The notes beneath the pieces are model-generated. The model was given only the letters and a program-made list of their open reading frames with translations, searched no databases and was not told the DNA's origin. Positions 52,529 to 62,200 of a stretch of DNA of 64,000 bases are shown one piece after another (within the stretch, counting starts at the first letter, position 1; the number at the start of each line of letters is the position of its first letter). Source of the stretch: an uncultured Prevotella sp. (GTDB lineage Bacteria > Bacteroidota > Bacteroidia > Bacteroidales > Bacteroidaceae); assembly GCA_947177775.1 (NCBI GenBank), contig CAMWVS010000007.1, positions 4,558-68,557 on the forward strand, in the 5' to 3' direction. The position numbers and the translations under genes are program-made.

Positions 52529-55210
52529 ATGAGAACAATAGTTTTATTGCTTGCCGCGATAGTACTGACCGGCACTATTGCACAAGCCCGGATTTCACTG
52601 CTCCGCCTCACCGTCGAAGGACAGACACATCCAGTCGGCATAGATGTTGAGACACCACGCTTCGGATGGCAGATAAAGTCTGACCGCAACAATGTTGTCC
52701 AACGCTCCTACCGCATACTTGTTGCGTCATCTATGGGAAATATAGAGCGTGGAGTAGGTGACGTATGGGACAGCGGCACTGTCATATCCGACTCATCACA
52801 GTGGGTTGCCTTCAAAGGCCATTCACTGCGGCCCGACACCGAATACTTCTGGAAAGTGAGGGTGGCCACCAACCGCGGAACAACAGAATGGAGCCACGTG
52901 TCCAGCTGGAGCACCGGGCTGATGTGTCCCGGCCAATGGCAAGGCCACTGGATAGGTCTCGACTCACTACTGCCCGACGAGAGCGACAGCCGTCACAGCC
53001 GGATAGCCTCGCGATACCTCAGACGAGAATTCGAGACAGCCGGCTGTTGCATACGCCGCGCCACAATACACATCTGCGGTCTCGGTCTATATACATTATA
53101 TATCAACGGACACCGCATAGGTAATGGCAACGAACTGACACCGGCACCCACGGATTATACGAAGTCCGTTATATACAACACATACGACGTGACGACACTC
53201 ATCAGACGGCAAAATGCTGTTGGTGTAGCACTGGCCGGCGGCCATTATTTCGCCCAAACGCAGAATTATCAGACAAACGTTCGCGTCACTTACGGATATC
53301 CCAAGCTCATGGCAACACTGTTTGTCGAATATACCGACGGACACACGGACACTCTGTCTGCTGACAGCACATGGCGCATCAGTGCCGAGGGGCCCGTTCG
53401 CTATGCCAACGAATATGACGGAGAACTCTATGATGCACGCAGGCTGCTTGCAGGATGGACGGAATGGGGATATGATGACAGCAAGTGGATGAAAGCCCGC
53501 AACGTGGAAGCCCCCGGCGGACGACTACGCGGAAATATAACACCGCCAATGGAAGTATATGAGAAAAACCGTCCAGTGACTTTACGTCGATACGGCCGAC
53601 GGTATATCGCAGACTTTGGAACCAACGGTGCCGGCCGCATACGCATGATGATGAGAGGCAGGACAGGCGACACCATCGTCATACGCCATGCCGAACGGTT
53701 GGGCCGCGGCGACAGTACGCTATACACCGACAATCTGCGCAGCGCCGAGGCAACGGCGCGCTATGTCTCCGACGGACAGCCGCGAGAGTGGGCACCGGAG
53801 TTCACATACTACGGATTCCGCTATGCCGAGATAACGGGTACAGGACCATTGACCGATGACGACATTGTGCGCGAACTGATAGCCGACCGCATGGACGACA
53901 ACAACACTGACTTCCATGCCAGGACTACCGACGGCAGCACCATGCTCAACGACATCATGTCATGTGCGCGCCGCGGCATAAGGAGCAACTACAAGGGCAT
54001 GCCCGTCGACTGCCCGCAACGTGACGAGCGCATGCCTTGGCTGGGCGACCGCACTACGGGATGTTTCGGTGAGAGCTACACGATCGACTGCCATAGTCTT
54101 TATACAAAATGGGTGGCTGACATATGTCAGTCGCAACGCAGCGACGGATGTATCAGTGATGTGGCTCCGGCCTACTGGCGACTATACAACGGCAATGTGA
54201 CATGGCCCGCGGCACTGCCTTTCGCATGCGACATGCTATACCGCCAATACGGCGACCTGCGCCCAATGCAGGAGAGCTACAAACCGATAAAGCGATTCAT
54301 GGAATATGTCGGAAAGAAACACCAGCGAGATGGTTTGATACAGTACGACCGCTATGGCGACTGGTGTGTGCCGCCGGAATCGCCAACACTTGTCCACAGC
54401 AAAGACCCCGCAAGACAAACCGACGGTCGGCTGATTGCATCGGCATATTATCTGTATCTGTGTCGCATGATGGAGGGCTACGCATCGTTGTTGGGCCATA
54501 CGACAGATGCAAAATATTTCCGCCACAAGGCCGATGCCATGACCATGGCTGTCAACGACACGTTCTTTGTCGACGAACGCTATGCCAACGGCACCGTTAC
54601 CGCCAATCTATTGCCGCTGGCAATGGGAATCGTTCCGCAGAACCACGCCGAAGCGCTGTCCGACAGCATTGTCAGCACAATCACCAAAAGGCACAACGGA
54701 AACATCGGCGCAGGAGTGATCGGCATACAGTGGCTCATGCGGTGGTTGTCCGACTCCGGTCATGGTGACATGGCTTATTCCATGGCCACATCCGATACAT
54801 ATCCCGGATGGGGATATATGGTACGGCAAGGCGCCACAACCATTTGGGAACTATGGAACGGTGACACTGCCAATCCGTCTATGAACAGCGGCAATCATGT
54901 GATGCTGCTCGGCGACCTTCTACCCTGGTGCTATGAACGGCTGGGCGGAATACGGCCGGATATCAGCCGCCCCGGCTTCCGTCATATCATTCTTAAGCCC
55001 GACTTTTCCGTCAGAAAACTTGAAAGCATCACAGTTGCCCACCCATCACCATACGGCATTATACGAAGCAACTGGAAAAGATATGACGGGAAGATTGTCT
55101 GGAATGTCAGCATCCCTGCCAATACCACGGCTGAAGTACATCTGCCGAACGGTCGGGTTAAGCATATCGGCTCGGGAGAGTATCGGTTTAAATGCCGTTA
55201 CGGCTTGTAA
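52529..55210 (+). CDS. GH78 alpha-L-rhamnosidase
   Basis: PVDCPQRDERMPWLGD, GATTIWELW, MNSGNH. Confidence 0.9.
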   Translation: MRTIVLLLAAIVLTGTIAQARISLLRLTVEGQTHPVGIDVETPRFGWQIKSDRNNVVQRSYRILVASSMGNIERGVGDVWDSGTVISDSSQWVAFKGHSLRPDTEYFWKVRVATNRGTTEWSHVSSWSTGLMCPGQWQGHWIGLDSLLPDESDSRHSRIASRYLRREFETAGCCIRRATIHICGLGLYTLYINGHRIGNGNELTPAPTDYTKSVIYNTYDVTTLIRRQNAVGVALAGGHYFAQTQNYQTNVRVTYGYPKLMATLFVEYTDGHTDTLSADSTWRISAEGPVRYANEYDGELYDARRLLAGWTEWGYDDSKWMKARNVEAPGGRLRGNITPPMEVYEKNRPVTLRRYGRRYIADFGTNGAGRIRMMMRGRTGDTIVIRHAERLGRGDSTLYTDNLRSAEATARYVSDGQPREWAPEFTYYGFRYAEITGTGPLTDDDIVRELIADRMDDNNTDFHARTTDGSTMLNDIMSCARRGIRSNYKGMPVDCPQRDERMPWLGDRTTGCFGESYTIDCHSLYTKWVADICQSQRSDGCISDVAPAYWRLYNGNVTWPAALPFACDMLYRQYGDLRPMQESYKPIKRFMEYVGKKHQRDGLIQYDRYGDWCVPPESPTLVHSKDPARQTDGRLIASAYYLYLCRMMEGYASLLGHTTDAKYFRHKADAMTMAVNDTFFVDERYANGTVTANLLPLAMGIVPQNHAEALSDSIVSTITKRHNGNIGAGVIGIQWLMRWLSDSGHGDMAYSMATSDTYPGWGYMVRQGATTIWELWNGDTANPSMNSGNHVMLLGDLLPWCYERLGGIRPDISRPGFRHIILKPDFSVRKLESITVAHPSPYGIIRSNWKRYDGKIVWNVSIPANTTAEVHLPNGRVKHIGSGEYRFKCRYGL

Positions 55211-55309
55211 CAAATATTTCAATATTAAAAAGGAATATTTGTTTTTGTGCTGGAAATTTCGCATCTTTGAATATCATAAAAGCAAACAACAAAAAAAAAC
55301 AATAACAAA

Positions 55310-56755
55310 ATGAAGAAAATCCTTTTACTGTTAACATTCATCGTGAGCCTCGGCGCGCAGGCCGCAGGCGACTATGACGTGAGAGACTTCGGGGCCGCGG
55401 GTGACGGAAAGACGCTCGACCACGGGGCCATCAACCGTGCCATCGACTCATGCGTGGCCCATGGCGGCGGCCGAGTGGTGCTGCCCGCAGGCACATATCT
55501 CTGCGGCAGCATCCGCTTGAAAAGCAACGTCGAACTTCACATCTCGGCCGGAGCGACCATCGTCGCCGCACCTGGTTCGATGAAAGCATACGACGAATCC
55601 GAGCCGTGGGAGGGTCCGGCCTATCAGGACGGAGGCCACACCTATTTCCACAACAGCCTCATCTGGGCCGTGGGACAGCAGAACGTCTCCATCACAGGAC
55701 GCGGAATGATTGACGGAAAGGGACTGACGAAAAAGGACACGGAGAAAGCAGGAAACCTGATGGGAGGAAGTATCGGAACGGGCGACAAAGCTATAGCACT
55801 GAAGGAATGCCGCAACGTGCTCATCCGCGACATAACCATATTCCGCGGCGGCCATTTCGCCATCATCATGACCGGATGCGACATCGGCACGGTGGACAAC
55901 GTCACAATCGACACCAACCGCGACGGCTTCGACATCGACTGCTGCAAATATCTGACTGTGAGCAACTGCAAGATAAACACGCCGAGCGACGACGCTCTGG
56001 TGCTCAAAAGTTCGTATGCGCTGAAACGCCCCGTACTGTGCGAGCACATCGCCGTGACCAACTGCGTCATCACAGGATATAAGATGGGAACGCTGCTCGA
56101 CGGGACCTACGTGCCGGAGAAGGTGAACTGGGTGTGCGGACGCTTCAAACTGGGAACAGAGTCAAACGGCGGCTACCGTAACATAGCCCTGAGCAACTGC
56201 ACGTTCATGTACAGCAGCGGACTGGCTTTCGAGGAAGTAGATCAGGGACTGATGGAGAACATCGTGGTCAGCAACATAACCATGAGCCACGTCCACCACT
56301 ACCCCATCTACATCACCACCGGCTGCCGCAACCGCGGGCCGAAAGAACGGACGACGGTATCTACAGGCGCCGACATACAGATAAGCAACGTCATTGCCGA
56401 CGATGTTGACTCGCTGGCCGGCATCATCATCACCGGAATGCCGGACCATCCGCTTCGCAACATAGCCCTGAGCAACATCCGAATCAAATACCGCGGCGGC
56501 GGCACGGCTGACCTCGCCAAACGCGAATACCGCGAACAAGGCACAAACTATCCCGAACCCCGCTTCGCCGGTCCTACACCCGCCTACGGTCTCTACGCCC
56601 GCCACGTTGACGGTCTCGACCTCAACCACATCACGTTCGCAACCGAACGCCCCGACCTTCGCCCCGCCGTAATGCTGGATGATGTCCGCAACGAGACTAT
56701 CATCGACCTGAAAGCGCCGGAGACAAAAGGCGTGAAGAAGGTGGTGAAGAAATAA
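55310..56755 (+). CDS. GH28 pectin hydrolase
   Basis: VRDFGAAGDG, NRDGFDID, SDDALVLKS, FKLGTES. Confidence 0.88.
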   Translation: MKKILLLLTFIVSLGAQAAGDYDVRDFGAAGDGKTLDHGAINRAIDSCVAHGGGRVVLPAGTYLCGSIRLKSNVELHISAGATIVAAPGSMKAYDESEPWEGPAYQDGGHTYFHNSLIWAVGQQNVSITGRGMIDGKGLTKKDTEKAGNLMGGSIGTGDKAIALKECRNVLIRDITIFRGGHFAIIMTGCDIGTVDNVTIDTNRDGFDIDCCKYLTVSNCKINTPSDDALVLKSSYALKRPVLCEHIAVTNCVITGYKMGTLLDGTYVPEKVNWVCGRFKLGTESNGGYRNIALSNCTFMYSSGLAFEEVDQGLMENIVVSNITMSHVHHYPIYITTGCRNRGPKERTTVSTGADIQISNVIADDVDSLAGIIITGMPDHPLRNIALSNIRIKYRGGGTADLAKREYREQGTNYPEPRFAGPTPAYGLYARHVDGLDLNHITFATERPDLRPAVMLDDVRNETIIDLKAPETKGVKKVVKK

Positions 56756-56778
56756 AAAAGAACGGAATACCGTATATC

Positions 56779-56831
56779 AATAAAGCAAAAGCAGGGACAC
56801 TTTCTTGTATGGTCCCTGCTTTTGCTTTATT
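56779..56831. terminator. Bidirectional intrinsic terminator
   Basis: AATAAAGCAAAAGCAGGGAC / GTCCCTGCTTTTGCTTTATT between convergent GH28 and PL11. Confidence 0.85.
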
Positions 56832-56867
56832 AATATACCCAGACTTAAAGTTTAATCCGTTCCGGAG

Positions 56868-59006
56868 TCACTTCAGGAACTCCACGGCGGTCTTGTCCGG
56901 TCCGAGGTAGAATCCTGTCCATGGCGGCTGGTTATACGCGACATTCTCCGTTGCCACACTCAGACGGTACGGGATGTCCTCCATGAGGCAGTTGATGCGG
57001 TGGTCAGTGGGAATGGGAGATACGTAGATGCGCATCTCGCTGCTGTCGTCGGTGCGGGTGATTACCTCCTCACGCCAGTCGCCGAGAATGTCGGCACTGA
57101 GACATGGGTTCGACTTTGTTCCGTTGTTGAACTGGCAACCGTCGAACTTCACAATCGGGTGGACATTTCCCGTGTTCCAGTCATATTTGGAAACGGTGGC
57201 ACGGTCGAGCATTTCGCGCAGCAGGTCGCCGTCCCACCAGATTCCGAAGTTTGTCGGCAGCCGCATGCCCCGGATATAGAGAGCCGTGTCGTCGTTGTTT
57301 TCCGGGGTGAAAGCGTTCTGCCCAGCCGCCGTGGAGATGGCGTCGGCCTTCTTCCGTTCTGTCGCGTCACGCTGCATGACGGGTTTGAGCACGTCGCCCT
57401 TGATGGTCCTTATGCCCTTGCTGTCGGAACTCCACATCTCCAGACCGGGATTGGTCGGGTCTATGTCCGCAGCCATACAACGCCCCACGTCAATGGGGCT
57501 CTTTATCTGGAAGAGAATCTCTCCCGTGGCGGCGTCGCGCAGGTCGCTGCCGTCGCGGCGGTTCTCGTGGCAGTCCCAGAGCTGAAGGCGGTCGGACGTC
57601 GGGTCGAAGACGGTGAGGTGCATGGCGTCACCGTGGCCCATTCCTGTGTTATAGAGGCCTGTTCCGTCGTGGTCGACAGCCATAGAGCCGTACGTAATCT
57701 CGTCGCAGCCGTCGCCGTCAACGTCGGCTATGCGTATGTTGTGGTTGCCCTGACCGGCGTAGCTGCGCCAGCGCTCGTCGTTGGTGTCGAACGTCCAGCG
57801 GTTGGTGAGCTGCTTTCCGTCCCAATCCCATGCCGCAATGACGGTGCGGGTGTAATATCCGCGGCAGAAGATTCCGCTCGCACGATGGCCGTCAAGATAG
57901 CCCACGCCGGCCAGATAGCGCTCCGAACGGTTGCCGCGGTCGTCACCCCAAGCCCTCAGTTCGCCACGTTCGGGGATATAGTCGACCGTCGCCATGGCCT
58001 CACCCGTCAGGCCGTTGAACACCGTGAGATATTCCGGGCCGTCGAGAATACGGCCGGCTTTATAGACTATACCGGGCCACGCATATCTCTCGCCGCCACG
58101 CTGACGGTCACCCTGTCGGTTTCCGTTGCGGTCGTTTCCGCCGCGCTGACGGTCATTCTGTTGTCCTGCCTGCGGCCGGCGCGGCTGCGCCATCCTGCGG
58201 GCACGCTCCTCTGCCTCCTTCACGGCATAAGCGCGGTTTTCCTCAAAATGTTCCATGGCCTCGCCTATTCCGTATCGCCAGTCGGCTTTCGGGTCTCCTA
58301 TGACCTTCCCCAAGCCGTCAACGGTTCCGTCGGCCGTCTTCACCATCATCTCGGCGCGGCCGTCACCGTCAAAGTCATAGACCATGAACTGGGTATAGTG
58401 GGCACCGGCACGTATGTTCGGTCCCATGTCGATGCGCCACAGACGCTCGCCGCTGAGACGGTAGCAGTCAAAGAGCACCGGACCGGTGAAACCGTCATGG
58501 GAATTGTCGTGGGCGTTGGACGGTTCCCATTTCAATATTATCTCATACTGTCCGTCACCGTCAACGTCGCCCACACTGGCATCGTTGGCAGAATATGTGA
58601 ACGTCCGGCCGTCAGGCGTGATGCCATCTTCGGGCTTGTCGAGCTTTATCGGCAGGTAGCCCGCGGGCGCACCGGCCTTCAGCATGTACGTCCCGTTTTT
58701 TCCTCCGCCGCGAATCTCGTATGTAACGTCGCCCTCGGGAACATCCTTGTCGACGAAGAATGTGCCGCCTGTGGTCAGCGGCCGGTCGTTGAGCTTAACA
58801 CCATTGCGCAAGATGTCGAACGGTTCGCCCTTGCCGTCACTCGTAAGCGTGCGCCACGTCACCACGGCCGTGCCGTCCGTCTGACGCAATGCCACGACGC
58901 CACGGTCGAGCCGCTCACGCTGGATTTTCTCCATGTCATAGCGCGGCTGGCACCATGCGGAAAGGCTGATGCCGGCTGTTATGACGGATAATAGAATTCT
59001 CTTCAT
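56868..59006 (-). CDS. PL11 rhamnogalacturonan lyase
   Basis: ERLDRGVVA, NIRAGAHYTQFMVYD, RGYYTR, GQGNHN, GHGDAMH, NNGTKSNP, YNQPP. Confidence 0.92.
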   Translation of the reverse strand: MKRILLSVITAGISLSAWCQPRYDMEKIQRERLDRGVVALRQTDGTAVVTWRTLTSDGKGEPFDILRNGVKLNDRPLTTGGTFFVDKDVPEGDVTYEIRGGGKNGTYMLKAGAPAGYLPIKLDKPEDGITPDGRTFTYSANDASVGDVDGDGQYEIILKWEPSNAHDNSHDGFTGPVLFDCYRLSGERLWRIDMGPNIRAGAHYTQFMVYDFDGDGRAEMMVKTADGTVDGLGKVIGDPKADWRYGIGEAMEHFEENRAYAVKEAEERARRMAQPRRPQAGQQNDRQRGGNDRNGNRQGDRQRGGERYAWPGIVYKAGRILDGPEYLTVFNGLTGEAMATVDYIPERGELRAWGDDRGNRSERYLAGVGYLDGHRASGIFCRGYYTRTVIAAWDWDGKQLTNRWTFDTNDERWRSYAGQGNHNIRIADVDGDGCDEITYGSMAVDHDGTGLYNTGMGHGDAMHLTVFDPTSDRLQLWDCHENRRDGSDLRDAATGEILFQIKSPIDVGRCMAADIDPTNPGLEMWSSDSKGIRTIKGDVLKPVMQRDATERKKADAISTAAGQNAFTPENNDDTALYIRGMRLPTNFGIWWDGDLLREMLDRATVSKYDWNTGNVHPIVKFDGCQFNNGTKSNPCLSADILGDWREEVITRTDDSSEMRIYVSPIPTDHRINCLMEDIPYRLSVATENVAYNQPPWTGFYLGPDKTAVEFLK

Positions 59007-59127
59007 GTCGTTTTAGTAGTTTAATGATAAACAAATCAGGTTCTTTCGTATGTGGTTACATACCTATGACGCCACGGCCGCAGGAAAGTTTAAGGACATA
59101 CGGAATTATTCAGATATTATGATACGC

Positions 59128-59193
59128 GAAGAGCGTCCACCAGAATACAACATGTCCGTCCTGAACTTGTATATATTCTGATGCACGCTCTTC
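59128..59193 (-). terminator. Hairpin between the two PL11 genes
   Basis: GAAGAGCGT..CAGAATA / TATTCTG..ACGCTCTTC. Confidence 0.5.
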
Positions 59194-59252
59194 TGACGCT
59201 CATATATTAATAAGGATGAAAACTATTCTCTCATAAACATTCCGGGAGAATG

Positions 59253-62200
59253 TCAGCGCTTCACCACCTTACGGCCATTGACAACATAGACACCGGCAGG
59301 CAGGCCGTCGAGAGCTTCCGCCAGCGCTACATCCTTGCGCAGCAGCAGACCGTCAACGGAGTAGACATCCGCCTTGCCGTCAGCACTGGTAATGCCGTTG
59401 ATGGATGCCGTTGCGGAAGCCACGCGCAGAACTCCGCGTGTGAGCAGTTCCGAGTCGTCCCATGTGATGGTCTGTGTGCCGCCCTCGGTCCTGATAGTGT
59501 ATGTTCCGGTCATGGAAGCAACATTCTTAAACAAGGTCAGTTCCTCACCCGTTTCAAGAACCCGGGCGTCGTCGAGAACGATGACAATAGTCTCACCGCC
59601 GTGGATGACGCTGCCCGTGAACGAATAGGAATCGTTATACGGAGACGAGCTGAGGAAACCGACTTTGACCACCAGCCGGCTGCCTTCTTCAAGTGTGACC
59701 GTGCCCGTGGCTTTCAGCGTACCGTAGGAGCCGCGATAACCGGCCATGACCGTACCGCCGCGGTTGACCGTAACGTCACCGGCGCAGCCCATTCCCGTCA
59801 GCGTTCCGCCGTCTTTCACCGTGACACGGCCGTCTGAGAATGGATTTGAAGATAATGAATAAGGACTGTTGTAGAGCTGCAGCGTTCCTGCGCAGACATT
59901 GACGTCAGACGTGCTGCCCGCCGTTGTCAGCGTCCAGACGCCGTCACCATATTTGCTGACGGTCTTCGCCTTGAGCAGTCCGGCGTAGGTCGCGTCCGTG
60001 CCGTTGTGGCCCACCTCATAGCTGTCGACGCCATTGCCGAGCACGCAGTCCTTTGCCGTAGACGCCAACGAGCCGATGCGCGTGGTTATGGCCCTGGTCT
60101 GACTGCCGTTTGAGGCGTAATGGCTCATCTTGCATCCGGCATCCATCACGACAGCAGTCTTGCTCATGTTGGTCACGTTGTCCATCAGGCGGAAGTTTTC
60201 ACCCTGTGCCGTGAGCTGGCCCTCAAAGGCAGAGAAGTCAGCCCCGATGTCATTGCGGACGCCGGACGAGAGAATCGTGATGTTGCCCTTGCCGCGGAAG
60301 CTGCCGTTGATGGCACCGCGGGTGGTTCCCTTGATGAACGACGACGTTCCTTCCTTGGCCGTTGCAACGTAGTTGAAGATGGGGCGTGTAGACGAGTTGT
60401 TCATATTGATGAGATGTACTTCACCTCCCGCCAGTTCCATCGGAGAGCCTACACGGCCGAACGTGGCGTTCCATTCGCCCTGAGCGATGATGCCGCGGCG
60501 GACAATGACACCGGCAAAGCTGTTTGTTCCGCCGTAAGTGAAGTTGAGCTGACCCGGTCCGTCCTTGACGAGATAGCCCTCACCCTTTACCTGTCCCTTC
60601 AGCGAGAGAGAGCCGGAGGCATTGGCCACGATGATGGTGGCTGTGTCCGCGAGCGTCACAATGCGGTCGGTCGCCATGTTGTCGGCTTCCAGTTTGAGTG
60701 TTCCGCCGTTGATCCGAAGATTGCCTTCAGCGGCCGAAGAGGCACCGATAGCGCTCCTTTGGCCTCCGTCAAAGAGATTTGTCACTGTCAGCGTACCGCC
60801 GTTGATGACGGTCGGACCGGTATAGTCGCTGTTCTTCAGGTTCATGCGCACCTCGCCGCTGCCGTTCTTCGTAACGCCGCAGGAGCCGCTGATGCCGCCC
60901 TCACCCGTGACAGTATATGTTCCGTCGGTGACATCGAAGGTCACTCCGCCGGCCACGACATCGTCATTGACCGTCACCGTGCGCACGGAGGCGTCGTCGT
61001 TGAAGACAACCTCATCACCCGTGACAAATACCGTCGGTTCGCCGGCAATGGCGAAGTTGTCCGTCTTATAATCCCAGACGCCGTTCTCGCCGCCCGTCCA
61101 AACGACATTCTTTGCCGGCGCGCGGGTAGCCGAGACGCTAAGCACGACGCGCTGCTGCTCTACGCGGATGGTATAGTTGACGCCCGTCAGACCGCGGGTC
61201 TTGAACTTTGCGACGTCGGCTGTCAGCTCGCCGGTACATTCGGCCAGCACATAATCGCCCTCCGCGATGTCCGTCTGACGCACGGTGAAGATGTTCTCAC
61301 CCTCAAACGTCAGATTTCCCTTCACCGACAGGCGGCCGCAACGGCCGTCGGCGGCATCCACCTCTATATATACATTGCCCGGAAGAACAAGGTCACGGCC
61401 GAAGGTCATGACGCCGTCGGTTCCTGCGGGACGCAGCCGGCAGCCCTCATAGTTGAGCGCACCCTCGAACGTAATGGGCCCGTTGACGGTAACGTTGCCG
61501 CCCAGCGTACCCTTGGCACGCAGACTGACAGGCCCGGCTATGGTGCCGTTGACCACAAGCGAACCCTCGCTGATTTCCGTTCCGCCCGTATGATTGAGAT
61601 CGCAGGAGAACATGGCAGTGCCCTCCATGGACTTATACAGAGTCATGTCGCCGGCCAGCTGACCGCTTCCGCCGAACTGATAGTCATGGCCGAGAGGGGA
61701 CATGACATAGACAGCCTTCGGACGGAGCACGCCGCCAAGGTCGATGATGGCGTCGTTGCGTCCGCTGATGTCGAAGATGACGGTCTTGCCGTCGGCATAC
61801 GGCTGTGCGGCAGTCTGGTCGAAAGTGGTGAATCCCTGTCCGCCCTGCGTCCACGCCGCACCGCCGGTCCATCGGAGATCGGCCGTCATTGTCGGCGGCA
61901 ACGGCGGATAAGGCATGTCTCCGCCGAGATAGAAACTTGTGCAAGGCATCTGATAGTATCCGCGTCCGGTGCAATCCAGACGGTAGTGCTGGTCCTCCAT
62001 GAGGGTATAGATGCTGTATTGAGTCGGTATGTCGGTGGAATAGCCCACGAGTCCCGTGCTCGTCTCGGCGTTCTGTTTCATGAGGATTACCTCCTCGCGC
62101 CAGTCGCCGGTGATGTCGCCCATGAATGCCGGACGGTTTGCCCATCCGGAATGTACGGCCCAGTTGCTCTGCTTCGAGAACTCTATCAGCCGCGTGCCGT

